Positions 1 through 9,224 of a stretch of DNA of 64,000 bases are shown here, piece by piece. This stretch comes from Candidatus Bathyarchaeia archaeon (lineage in GTDB: Archaea; Thermoproteota; Bathyarchaeia; Bathyarchaeales; Bathycorpusculaceae): positions 11,316 through 75,315 of the forward strand of contig JBEKKX010000006.1 of assembly GCA_050010515.1 (NCBI GenBank). Direction: 5' to 3'. The position numbers and the translations under genes were made by a program. Every line of letters starts with the position of its first letter. Position 1 is the first letter of the stretch. A model generated the notes under the pieces. That model had not been told where the DNA came from and searched no databases. It saw only the letters and a list, made by a program, of their open reading frames with translations.

Positions 1-108
1 GCCGGTTCTGACGCAGAAATCAAGTTTGTCTTTGAGGGCTAAATAAGAGATTATTTTTCCTTTGCCTTCGTCTCCCCAGAAGGCACCGACAATTACCGTG
101 CAAGGCAT
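1..108 (-). CDS. purA: adenylosuccinate synthetase, 5' part (runs off window start)
   Basis: Manual translation [23 protein letters not shown]...FCVRTG contains the PurA signature WGDEGKGK. Confidence 0.93.
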   Translation of the reverse strand, partial: MPCTVIVGAFWGDEGKGKIISYLALKDKLDFCVRTG

Positions 109-160
109 TTCAATTTCACCGTTGACAAGTCATCTCAAGAATTATTTAAACATAGGGCAT

Positions 161-355
161 CTAACACGGCTTATTTTCACTTTTTCGTTTCTTTTCTTCG
201 TTTATCAGTTGAGCTAAAGTGTATGTAACATAGGCTGAGAAACTATGAATGCCTTTTTTAATTACGTATTCCTCTTTGATCTTAAGCCACTCGTTAAAAA
301 AGTAATCATAAACTTCAGCCTTTACAGTGATGCTTTTAAAGCCTTTTTTCGGCGT
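161..355 (-). CDS. small ribbon-helix-helix-like DNA-binding protein (64 aa), apparent ACG start
   Basis: Manual translation (T/M)PKKGFKSITVKAEVYDYFFNEW...GIHSFSAYVTY; GGGGGA SD-like motif upstream; not in the ORF track. Confidence 0.65.
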   Translation of the reverse strand, partial: TPKKGFKSITVKAEVYDYFFNEWLKIKEEYVIKKGIHSFSAYVTYTLAQLINEEKKRKSENKPC

Positions 356-443
356 TTTGTTTCCCCCTTAAGTTAGTTAGCGAAAGTACATTTATATAAG
401 GTTTCTCAATACTGCTGAATTCACCGTTAATTATATATTCAAT

Positions 444-459
444 CGTACTGTAAAGTACG
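444..459. promoter_or_regulatory. palindromic operator candidate CGTACT-N4-AGTACG between divergent RHH genes
   Basis: Perfect 6-bp inverted repeat just downstream of an AT-rich TATA-like box (TTATATAT, ~431-438). Confidence 0.45.
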
Positions 460-478
460 GAAGTGGGGATTGGGAGTT

Positions 479-625
479 TTGCCACGAAAAGGCTACAAAT
501 GCATAACAGTCACAGAAAAAGTTCATGCAGATATCAGAAAAAAAGCAGCGGAAACCAACCTTACTATGAGAGGATACGTTGAATACTTGATTGCTAAGGA
601 TAAAGTTGCAAAAGAAGGAAAATAA
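479..625 (+). CDS. small RHH/CopG-like DNA-binding protein (48 aa)
   Basis: TTG start; MPRKGYKCITVTEKVHADIRKKAAETNLTMRGYVEYLI has a beta-strand plus two-helix pattern. Confidence 0.65.
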   Translation: MPRKGYKCITVTEKVHADIRKKAAETNLTMRGYVEYLIAKDKVAKEGK

Positions 626-627
626 TT

Positions 628-801
628 GTGCCCATTAAGGTCCTTCAATCTAACGACCGCGTTGCTGAAGTACAATTTATATGTGATTGCTGTGGCAAAC
701 TAGTAAGAACCAGTGTAATAACAAGGCAGGAAGCTGACGCTAAAAAAGACACAAAAATAACTTGCTGCCAATGCAAACATACCCAAAACAGCAAGAATTA
801 A
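628..801 (+). CDS. small Cys-rich zinc-finger protein (57 aa)
   Basis: GTG start 2 nt after the upstream stop; CDCC...CCQC motifs. Confidence 0.55.
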   Translation: MPIKVLQSNDRVAEVQFICDCCGKLVRTSVITRQEADAKKDTKITCCQCKHTQNSKN

Positions 802-822
802 CCCCTGATTTTTAAAAGAAGC

Positions 823-1203
823 TTAAGAACGCCTGTTTGCCGCTTCGTTATCGATTCTCTCTAAAAGTCTAATCACTATTTTGCCCTTTAGTTTTTTTTC
901 TTTTTCTGTAATGGTGTTTCGTGAATCGCAGATATCGTCTAAAATTATTCCTTTTTCTTCATCCAGTATAACAGGGTATACTCGACAGCCTGAAGGCCTA
1001 TCAACGTAAACGTTGCATTGGCATTTTTTGGGGTTGTAGAAAACGCAGTAGCCTTCTCGGTTTTTGAGTTGTGCATAGCCTTGCCTGTCATATTTTACGA
1101 AGTAGTTTTTGCTGAAGCCTTTCTTTTCTAACCGTGCGATGTCTTTTTCGGATAGAAGCATTTCAGTTTCTGTACAACAGATACCGCAGTTTGAGCAACG
1201 CAT
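823..1203 (-). CDS. YkgJ-family Cys-cluster (Zn/Fe-S) protein
   Basis: CSNCGICC, CVFY, CNVYVDRPSGCRVYP motifs. Confidence 0.85.
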   Translation of the reverse strand: MRCSNCGICCTETEMLLSEKDIARLEKKGFSKNYFVKYDRQGYAQLKNREGYCVFYNPKKCQCNVYVDRPSGCRVYPVILDEEKGIILDDICDSRNTITEKEKKLKGKIVIRLLERIDNEAANRRS

Positions 1204-1258
1204 AAGCTTGAAGTGTTTTGGCTTGTATTTTTGTTTTTATGCTTCTTTTAGTAACATT

Positions 1259-1495
1259 TTAGGCGGCTCTTTGCAGTAAATTTGAATTTAACAGTTCAGC
1301 CCAAGCGACGTTTCTTAATGGTATACGGGTGGTTCTGCGGTTTCCGTATGGAGTGTACTCGATTAGACTGTTTTTCCCTGAGCCCTTATGGATTCCGATT
1401 AATTGCACATTTATTATCACGGCACCATCTTTTAAGTGCAGGTTAACGTTTTTTCCAATGTAAGATTTGGCGCTGTTAACGCTGAAGTTCTCCAT
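1259..1495 (-). CDS. small hypothetical protein, possible Sm/LSm-like fold
   Basis: YIGKNVNLHLKDGAVIINVQL resembles an Sm1 motif. Confidence 0.6.
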   Translation of the reverse strand: MENFSVNSAKSYIGKNVNLHLKDGAVIINVQLIGIHKGSGKNSLIEYTPYGNRRTTRIPLRNVAWAELLNSNLLQRAA

Positions 1496-1502
1496 TGCCT
1501 TT

Positions 1503-1640
1503 TCACCATTCTTGTTCTTGGTCAGCTATTTTGATCCAGCATTGTTGGCAGATGGGCAATTTTTCGCCTTTTATCTCAATGTATAGTTTGATGTTTTCGT
1601 TTTTACAGTCGTCTTTCCAAGGGTTTTTACAATGCTCCAT
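1503..1640 (-). CDS. small Cys-rich protein (45 aa)
   Basis: Manual translation MEHCKNPWKDDCKNENIKLYIEIKGEKLPICQQCWIKIADQEQEW; GAGGT SD-like motif; co-oriented with 1259-1495. Confidence 0.65.
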   Translation of the reverse strand: MEHCKNPWKDDCKNENIKLYIEIKGEKLPICQQCWIKIADQEQEW

Positions 1641-1873
1641 GTATCTTACCTCTGAAATACCGCTTTAGCATTTAGCGCTTTTAAGGTGGTTGCAGAAACT
1701 ACTGTTTGAAGCAGGGGAGGGGTGAGTGAAAGTAAAACTTTTGGCGCTTTCAAGGCTTAAAGGGCTGCTTTAAGAAAAAAAGGTTTATGCTTTGGACAAT
1801 GATATTTTGGCTTGCGCCGCTATTTTTTTGGAATCGTGTTGTATACTATCTTGTATTGGGCGGTTCTATTGAG

Positions 1874-2416
1874 TTAAAGGTTAATTATTTGCGGCGTTAT
1901 GGTTTCCTTTGTTATTTTTAGCAATCCAACAGATGGTTTATGCATGAAAGATGCTGGGTCAGTGGGGCTTCCAGGGTTAATAAAGAGATTTTTTTCTTCC
2001 CATTTTATTTTGGAAGCATGCGTATGCCCATAAACAAAAACGTTGAAACCATTCTCTTTAGCTATTTTCACCATCTTACCTGAACCTTGAAGAACGTTCG
2101 GATTATGCATTACGCCTATTTTCCAATCGAAAATTTTAAGTGAATTAAGCTCAGGTAAAGCAGCGCTGACTTCTTGATCATCCATGCTGCCATGAACCGC
2201 TAAAACTGGTGCAATCTGTTCTAATTCGTCAATTACTGATAATTCCACTAAGTCGCCAGCGTGTATAATGAAATCTGCATCCTTTAAGACCTCGAAAACT
2301 TTTTTGGGAATACACATGGCTCTTTTAGGGATATGAGTATCAGAGATTAACCCGATGATTTTAGCGGCTTCGAAACTTGCCGTCTCTCGATTAGTTATTG
2401 TTTGCATGCTGGTCAT
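1874..2416 (-). CDS. YfcE/MJ0936-family metallophosphoesterase
   Basis: ISDTH, HAGD, GHTH and NPGS motifs. Confidence 0.9.
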   Translation of the reverse strand: MTSMQTITNRETASFEAAKIIGLISDTHIPKRAMCIPKKVFEVLKDADFIIHAGDLVELSVIDELEQIAPVLAVHGSMDDQEVSAALPELNSLKIFDWKIGVMHNPNVLQGSGKMVKIAKENGFNVFVYGHTHASKIKWEEKNLFINPGSPTDPASFMHKPSVGLLKITKETITPQIINL

Positions 2417-2605
2417 TTTGCGGTTGACACCAAAGTGGCGCTATCTTAGTTGTTAGAATGGGTAAGTATAAAAATTTTACATTTCAAGAACTTTTGAGCA
2501 TTTTAGAGTTACAGGGCACCCTTCTTTTTCTCCACGGCAAGGTATCTCCAAAAAAATAAAAGGTAAATTGGGCGGTGAGCAAATACTAAGAAAGCTTGCT
2601 TAATG

Positions 2606-3964
2606 TTAGCTCATGAACCTTTTCACGGTTTCATAGAGCACACTTGTTCCGTAAACAAGGTTTTCTATAGTTATTCGCTCGTCGATGCCGTGCATTCGTT
2701 TATTTAATTGATCGTTTGGTTCATCTGGAATCATTGGTTGGAAACCATAGCATATGCTGCCTTTTTCTCTAAAGAATCGTGAATCCGTTCCGCCAGTGGC
2801 TAGTGTTGGTGTTACTCCGCAGTTGGGTTCAAATTCTCTAAGAACACTTGTGATGGTACTGTAAAGTGGTGTTTCTGTTGATGATTCAGAACCGTCATGC
2901 ACTTGAAGAAACTCAAAAGTCAATTTTTCTAAGCCCACATCTTCGAGCAAACCTTTGATTAAATCAATTGTTTTAACCACATTTTGCCCAGGAAGTATTC
3001 TGCAGTCAAATACTACGTCGCATTCTGAAGGTATAATGTTCTCTTTGACACCGCCATGAATCATAGTTGGTGTAATAGTCATTTTAGTCCGCGGTCTAAT
3101 TTCCTCAGCCAAAGCTCTGTCTTTTTTTGCTAACTCATCTAATATTTGTTCGCTTTGCTTGGGATTGGCAAGTAAACGTGCAAACGGCTCATTAAGCTCG
3201 GGATTATGCTTTGCTATTTCAGCAAGATACTGCTTAAGTGTGGGAATATACATGGTTTCCGGCTGGTAATTTCCAAGTTTATCGATGACTTTGTATATGC
3301 GCATAATAGCGTTATCAGCTGTGTTTGGAGTAGAACCGTGACCTGGAGTTCCTTTTGCTTTTATTTTAAGCCATAAAATTCCTTTTTCTGCCGTCTGCAC
3401 CGTAAAGACGTTTCCTTTTTCTGTTGGAACAGCCAGTCCTCCGCCTTCATTAAGCACGTATGGGCACCAAATTTTTTCTCGGTAATTCTGCAGAAGGTAG
3501 CCTGCCCCTTCTTCACCCCCTTTTTCTTCATCTGCAGTAGCTGCCAAAACGACATCGCCTTTAAGTTTGACATTATTTTTCTTTAAAAGCTCCATGACTA
3601 GCACTTCGCTGGCTGTCATGCTTTTCATGTCTATGGCTCCCCTGCCATAAACGTAATCGTCCTTAATTGTGCCGGCAAACGGGTCAACGGTCCATTCGTT
3701 TGGGTTAGCTGCAACCACATCAAGATGCGACAGTAAAAGGAGGCTGGGCTTTTCACCTGTTCCCTTAAGCCGTGTGATTACGCTGCCTCTTCCGGGCGCT
3801 GACTCGATAATTTCTGTCTTGAATCCTTCATTAGCTAAGTACTGTGCTAAGTAAGTGGCTGCTTGGGTTTCGTTTCCTGGCGGATTTGTTGTATCTATCC
3901 GTATTAACTCTCTAAGCAATTGAGTGACTTCTTGCTTTACCGCATTTAAAATTTGAGGTGGCAT
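2606..3964 (-). CDS. M20/M25/M40 metallopeptidase (ArgE/DapE-like)
   Basis: SHLDVV, GRGAIDMK, DEE, GGTD and MHGIDE motifs. Confidence 0.92.
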   Translation of the reverse strand: MPPQILNAVKQEVTQLLRELIRIDTTNPPGNETQAATYLAQYLANEGFKTEIIESAPGRGSVITRLKGTGEKPSLLLLSHLDVVAANPNEWTVDPFAGTIKDDYVYGRGAIDMKSMTASEVLVMELLKKNNVKLKGDVVLAATADEEKGGEEGAGYLLQNYREKIWCPYVLNEGGGLAVPTEKGNVFTVQTAEKGILWLKIKAKGTPGHGSTPNTADNAIMRIYKVIDKLGNYQPETMYIPTLKQYLAEIAKHNPELNEPFARLLANPKQSEQILDELAKKDRALAEEIRPRTKMTITPTMIHGGVKENIIPSECDVVFDCRILPGQNVVKTIDLIKGLLEDVGLEKLTFEFLQVHDGSESSTETPLYSTITSVLREFEPNCGVTPTLATGGTDSRFFREKGSICYGFQPMIPDEPNDQLNKRMHGIDERITIENLVYGTSVLYETVKRFMS

Positions 3965-4108
3965 TATTTTTTCGAAGCTCCTGTATGTGTCTAGGCGTTT
4001 TTTCTCTTAAGAGTATCTATTACAATGTTACTGTTGCCCTGTTCAACTGGAACGATTTTTTGTTTATTGAACAATGATGTTTATATATGATGCTAAAATC
4101 GCTATTGA

Positions 4109-4633
4109 ATGATAAAGTTGGTTGCAATGAAAGAACTTAAACCTATAGATTACAAAATATTGTTTGAATTAATGAAGGATTCTCATAGAAGCGATAGGCA
4201 ACTAGCAAAATCCCTAGGTGTTTCCCAACCTACGGTGACCCGAAGAAGAGCTATGCTTGAAGAAAACTTCATAGAAGGATACACTGTTATACCAAAGTTT
4301 GGTCAAATCGGGTTTGAAATAGCAGCTTTCACATTTTTGAAAAGCAAACTTAAATTTAAAACAGGTGAGGAAAAAACTCAAGCTTTACAGAAAATGAAGG
4401 ACTGGTACATGAAGCAATCCAATGTGATTCTTGTTTTGGACGGAAGAGGAATGGGTTGGGATGCTGTCTGCGTTTCGCTCCATGAAAACTTCTCAAATTT
4501 CGCTGAGTTCATAAGAGCGCATGATTCAGAACTGTCTGAGTGGGTAGTTGAAAGCCAAACTTTCCATGCTGATTTGAAAGCTGGAATCACAATCAAGCCA
4601 TTCCACCTTAAATATTTGACAGCACCAAAATAA
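4109..4633 (+). CDS. Lrp/AsnC family transcriptional regulator
   Basis: N-terminal HTH DSHRSDRQLAKSLGVSQPTVTRRR. Confidence 0.88.
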   Translation: MIKLVAMKELKPIDYKILFELMKDSHRSDRQLAKSLGVSQPTVTRRRAMLEENFIEGYTVIPKFGQIGFEIAAFTFLKSKLKFKTGEEKTQALQKMKDWYMKQSNVILVLDGRGMGWDAVCVSLHENFSNFAEFIRAHDSELSEWVVESQTFHADLKAGITIKPFHLKYLTAPK

Positions 4634-5090
4634 ATCAGCATAAACTGCCTTACTTTTAAAGCGTAAGACGGTTAACACGCTCTCCTTGCATTTTATTTCC
4701 TTTTTTTCAAAATATTTGCCAAATATCTGCTTTCTGTCGGATCAGGGTAGCCTTTTTGCTTGGTAATTTAACTACCAAAAAGAGTACCCCTTCAGGTTAG
4801 CCAGCTTTTCAAACGAGCCTTTGCATGTTGTTGACGAAAACGCATGGTTAAAAAATGCATTTCCTTAGCTAAATTTTTAAAAAAGTGGGCAAACTCGAAG
4901 CTTATCAATGGTTCATCTTTGTTTTATTTTCTTTAGCAACCGCTTTTTAGGAAGCTTCGGTTTCTTTGTTCTCGAGGTCTCTACAGCCAAACCGATCAAC
5001 CCGTCTTTTAATCAGTTGTTGACTGCATATAAGGTTTGATATGTTTTTTGCTTAGGGAAGTTAAATTGTGAACAATAAGTTTAATGTTTT

Positions 5091-5228
5091 GTGGTTGGAG
5101 GGCAGGTTTGTGTGTGTTGGCTACTCATTGCCATCCGTCATCGAGGAGAAAGGAGAAGGCTTCGAAAACGGAAAAATTCTTTTGGCTTGAGTGGTTTAGC
5201 CTTCAACCTTAACTTACCCTCCAATCAC
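5091..5228 (+). ncRNA. putative structured non-coding element (long imperfect hairpin)
   Basis: Nested complementary segments 5091-5108/5211-5228, 5119-5127/5188-5196, 5130-5133/5183-5186, 5134-5138/5168-5172, 5141-5144/5162-5165. Confidence 0.35.
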
Positions 5229-5315
5229 TAACAAGACTCAAGATACTGCAAGAATACTTAAAAGAATTATGAATCAAAAATAAGGATTAAAAATATGAGG
5301 AAAAAAAATATTAGC

Positions 5316-5879
5316 TTACCCTATCGCTAAAACGCCTTCCAAAATATTTGTTTCAGGGACATCCAGTTGCTTAGACAACCATGCCTTCAGAATAGAAGAA
5401 AACTTTGGAAGTGCACCATTATAAGTGATAATTTGGTTACCCTTAAGCGCATCAGCTTGGAAAACCTTCTCATCTTCCTTATAGCAAAAAGACAACGTTT
5501 GAGCTTGGAAAGCTAAAGTTTGAAAATCTTCCCACTGCTTGCACCGCAAAATCACGGAAGGTTTACCCTGAAGCACCGGAACAGGTGCAGTTTGACTTGT
5601 TTGCTCTTTGACTGCTGCAGGAAGTGCTTCTTTGGGTGTGCTGGGTGTGCTGCTTGACATGTAGGTGATCAAGTTTGTTACTTCTTTCTGTAGACTGTTT
5701 ATTTTTTCTTCAACTTTTTCTACTTTACCACTTAATTCGCCTGTGTCTCCAAGTTGCTCGGTAACCGTTGCCAACTCATTAATCAATTTGTCTAAATCTT
5801 TCTCATGTTCTTTGAGAACGTTTACTATGAAGTCTAAAGCCTCTAATGAATCATCCTTTGACTGTGGATTCTTCGCCAA
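5316..5879 (-). CDS. hypothetical protein with N-terminal coiled coil
   Basis: 187-aa ORF with heptad-rich N-terminal half. Confidence 0.8.
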   Translation of the reverse strand: MAKNPQSKDDSLEALDFIVNVLKEHEKDLDKLINELATVTEQLGDTGELSGKVEKVEEKINSLQKEVTNLITYMSSSTPSTPKEALPAAVKEQTSQTAPVPVLQGKPSVILRCKQWEDFQTLAFQAQTLSFCYKEDEKVFQADALKGNQIITYNGALPKFSSILKAWLSKQLDVPETNILEGVLAIG

Positions 5880-6143
5880 TCTATATATCCCTCATGCCTG
5901 CCAACTCATTATGAGGAGACTGTAAATAAAGATAGCGAATCCTCAAGCAATATCACAGTAACGGCATACCTATAACTATTAAGAATCATTCTTTCTAATA
6001 TATGATGATTTACGATACTATATGACGGTTTACGATACCATGTTTGCGTTTCCCCCGCCTGCCCACACAAATAAAGTAGCCTACTGCCACCAACGCTATG
6101 GTCATTCCAACGGCATTTCCATATACAACCACAAGTGGAAAGC

Positions 6144-7253
6144 CTAAGCTTGAACCTCAGGACTGGAACCTGGAGGCATGGATGCTTCAGGTACAGGTTG
6201 AGGTGCAGGTTGCGTAACATCTGTTGGAGGTGCAACTGGTTCAGTGCTGACCTCGTTTTTAGGGGAGCATTGGGTTGTGGTTAAAAACTCCTCACTGGGT
6301 TTTAATTGCTGTTTTAGTTGTTCCTTGAAAATTTCTCGGCTGCGCTCAATAACGCTTTCTCTATTGCTATCAACATCGATTTTATTGATGGTGCTCTTTA
6401 GCTCATCAATGTTAACTTTGAAGTTAGTCTCGGCAGCTAAATTCTGCAGGACGCTTTCAAGCTGACTGATTTCTTCCTTGTTTTCTTTGTCTCCAACAAC
6501 CTTGCCGAGTAAAAGGTCGTTTAACATGAAATACGCTGAAATCACTGCTTTCGCATCCTGAAAGTTCGGATGATTCTCTTTAAATTCATCATCAACGCTT
6601 AAGCCGTGAAAGTACCCGTACGCCGCTTTTAAGATGCTGTAGGCTTCGTTTGAGGCTTCTTTTGGAATCTGGCTTTTTACGGCGGAAGAAATTTTTGAAA
6701 AGTCCAAGTTAAAAGGCGGCATCGTTTGCCCCAAGAAACTCAGGTTCTCACCAAAATCGTTGGAGTAGCCTTCTATCCGTTGCCAATTTATTCGCTTCGC
6801 CTGCAAGCCAATCAGGACATCAAACGAATGGTCAATGATGCCTACTGAAGTGTTAATTACCCCTAACAACTCGTTTCGTCTCAGAGAGGCTTTCTCCTCT
6901 TTCTCGTTGTTCTCCTTAGATTTCCGTTGATCCTCAAGATGGTCCGCAAGCATTCCGTTAACTTGACCGACCAATTTACCAAATAAATCGGTCTTTTCCT
7001 TGGTGAAAAACGCGTCAGTAACACCCTTCCACGTTACGCTTAACTGGTTCCCAAAATTCTCAATGTGTGTTATCTCATAAACTGGAATTTCCTTGACGAC
7101 AATCCATTGTTTTTTACCCAAACCTTTGGCAACAAAAAACTTTACTGTGCTGTCAGAAACCTCAACTTTAGCTACCTGAATACCCTTCTGCTTTTTTTTC
7201 GGCGGGTCCTCTTGACCTGCAGAATCGCTAGATTGCTTTCTCTTAAGTCTCAT
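6144..7253 (-). CDS. hypothetical protein
   Basis: 369-aa ORF with helical core and Pro-rich tail; no family recognised. Confidence 0.75.
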   Translation of the reverse strand: MRLKRKQSSDSAGQEDPPKKKQKGIQVAKVEVSDSTVKFFVAKGLGKKQWIVVKEIPVYEITHIENFGNQLSVTWKGVTDAFFTKEKTDLFGKLVGQVNGMLADHLEDQRKSKENNEKEEKASLRRNELLGVINTSVGIIDHSFDVLIGLQAKRINWQRIEGYSNDFGENLSFLGQTMPPFNLDFSKISSAVKSQIPKEASNEAYSILKAAYGYFHGLSVDDEFKENHPNFQDAKAVISAYFMLNDLLLGKVVGDKENKEEISQLESVLQNLAAETNFKVNIDELKSTINKIDVDSNRESVIERSREIFKEQLKQQLKPSEEFLTTTQCSPKNEVSTEPVAPPTDVTQPAPQPVPEASMPPGSSPEVQA

Positions 7254-7430
7254 TTTGCATCTATCTTTAATTGATTTTTCAATTTATAAACCAATGCATT
7301 AAACGCTGCTAAAGTTAGCTGCAACTTGATACTTTTAAGGAAGCTTACATGGCTCTTTAGCCTAGCGATTTGTGTGTGCACAACCTACCCTCCTAGTCTA
7401 CTAGATGCTTCTAATATGCTTCAAATATGA

Positions 7431-7547
7431 TTCAACATAGTTCAACATAGAAGTAATTCCCGCACTTTCTACATGAAACAGTGCTCTTTTTACATGTGAA
7501 GAGTTTAGTTACGTTGGTTTTAGACAAGGTTTTAGAACATTCCCGAG
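7431..7547 (+). repeat. dispersed ~118-bp non-coding repeat, copy 1
   Basis: About 12 differences from 53828-53945 by manual alignment; starts with tandem TTCAACATAG x2. Confidence 0.9.
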
Positions 7548-7571
7548 TAAGTAGTCTTGAAGGCGGAGTTC

Positions 7572-7895
7572 ATGAGCAAAACGGGTTTTGTACCATCCAT
7601 AAAAGAGAGCGAACTCAAGGAAGGCCACATGAAACCCGTGCGTGTCAGGGGCAGGCCTATTTTGCTGGTGCGGCAAGGCGGCGAAGTTTTTGGAGTGTCA
7701 AACCTTTGCCCGCATGAGGGGTGCTCTTTTGAAGGAGGAATCCTGAAAGGTTACGTGGTTATGTGTCCATGTCATGGCTGGAAGTTTGATGTGCGAAATG
7801 GGCAATACCAAGAAATCCCGCAAGTAAAGCTGTTGAGCTACCGATGCAAAATCGAAAACGGAAAAATATACATTGAAATCAAAAACAATGAATAG
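7572..7895 (+). CDS. Rieske [2Fe-2S] ferredoxin
   Basis: CPHEG...CPCHGWKFD motifs; ATG at 7572 preferred over TTG at 7557. Confidence 0.9.
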   Translation: MSKTGFVPSIKESELKEGHMKPVRVRGRPILLVRQGGEVFGVSNLCPHEGCSFEGGILKGYVVMCPCHGWKFDVRNGQYQEIPQVKLLSYRCKIENGKIYIEIKNNE

Positions 7896-7999
7896 TACGT
7901 TTCGGATTCGACTCAAGCTCTTGGACATGTTAAATACCCGATTTTCTGGAGCTGATGAGAAAGTGAGTCACAATGTTAAAAACTATTGAAAAGTTAGGA

Positions 8000-8305
8000 T
8001 TAAATGTGTTTTTGTGGCTTCCATGTGCAGTTGATTGCTTTGTTCTCGCAGGCTAATACGCATGGAGCGTTGTTGGTTTCGGGTTTGCAGGAAGAGCAAG
8101 TGTACTTTATTTTTTTCCGATGCTCCTCCACAACTGACGCTACAGTTTTATCTTCAAGGTCAATAAGCATAGCCTCTATCTGAAGAGCAGATTGGGAACA
8201 CTGCTTAACGCATTTGCCACAGCCACTGCACTTGTCTGTGTCAATAGTTATATAATACTCGCCTGAACCATCACTGTAGCCATAATGCGTAATAATAGCC
8301 CTCAC
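8000..8305 (-). CDS. 4Fe-4S ferredoxin (BzdM-like)
   Basis: HYGYSDGSGEYYITIDTDKCSGCGKCVKQC...CSSC...CVLAC; start uncertain, and the ORF-track N-terminus overlaps the upstream gene. Confidence 0.8.
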   Translation of the reverse strand: MRAIITHYGYSDGSGEYYITIDTDKCSGCGKCVKQCSQSALQIEAMLIDLEDKTVASVVEEHRKKIKYTCSSCKPETNNAPCVLACENKAINCTWKPQKHI

Positions 8306-8312
8306 TCTCCGT

Positions 8313-9224
8313 CTAAGATTTTTGCGCCTTCTCATACAGCGCCTTACCAAAAAGCGCTGCACCAAATGCGCCAGCAACCATTGGGTCTAAACCGTTTTCC
8401 CTCCAATTAGGCATCGGCAAACACTTCACGCCCAAATCAACCTCTATTCTGCTCACGATTCCAATGTTTTTCGACTGCCCCCCAGTGATAACAAGTTCTT
8501 TTTCTAAACCTACCCTGTTGATCAAGTTAGCCATGCGCACTGCCATAGCCCGCGTGTAAGCAGCCAACACTTTTTCTTTAGACCAGCCCTTACGCAACAG
8601 TCCCATTGCTTCGGTTTTTGCAAAAGCCACGCACGTGCAGCTTACTGGCGGCGGCTCTTCATCAACCTTCAGTGAGATTGCACCGATTTCTTCGATAGGA
8701 ATCTTTAGCAAATCAGCGAAAACTTCCATGCCTCTGCCTGTTCCAGCCGCGCACTTATCATTCATCAAAAAAGAAACAACTCTGCCCGTCTCATCACAGC
8801 GGATGGCTTTGATGTCTTGTCCTCCAACATCCAGCACGGTTCGGACGCTTGGTCCCCAAATGTAATTTGCGCCTTTAGCGTGGCAAGCAATTTCCGTTAT
8901 CGCTTTGTTTGCCATGGGCACGTTAACTCGCCCGTAACCTGTGCCAACAATGTATTTGAGGTCACCGACTTTTAGCCCAGTTCCCTCCAGTGTCCAGTCT
9001 AAAGCTTTTTTGGCGCTTTCAGGACTGTTAGAGCCAGTTCGTGTTATTCCCCAAGAGTACGCTTCACCATTAATCATTATGGCAGCTTTAGAACTGACTG
9101 AACCAACATCAACGCCTGCAGTGATTATGTCCCTGCTTGTCCACTTCTTGCCAGAGACCACGTGATGGTATTCACGCCAACGCCAAAACTCAAATTCCTC
9201 TCTAACACTGCTTGGCTCTTTCAT
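8313..9224 (-). CDS. ASKHA ATPase activator, benzoyl-CoA reductase BzdQ-like subunit
   Basis: GVDVGSVSSK, TGYGR, DVGGQDIK, NDKCAAGTG, SCTCVAF; N-terminal FWRW extension as in BzdQ. Confidence 0.85.
   Translation of the reverse strand: MKEPSSVREEFEFWRWREYHHVVSGKKWTSRDIITAGVDVGSVSSKAAIMINGEAYSWGITRTGSNSPESAKKALDWTLEGTGLKVGDLKYIVGTGYGRVNVPMANKAITEIACHAKGANYIWGPSVRTVLDVGGQDIKAIRCDETGRVVSFLMNDKCAAGTGRGMEVFADLLKIPIEEIGAISLKVDEEPPPVSCTCVAFAKTEAMGLLRKGWSKEKVLAAYTRAMAVRMANLINRVGLEKELVITGGQSKNIGIVSRIEVDLGVKCLPMPNWRENGLDPMVAGAFGAALFGKALYEKAQKS

Noticed and set aside
7405-7450. CRISPR-like array from tandem TTCAACATAG units
   Set aside because: Units are 10-11 bp with no spacers, and no cas genes are in the window
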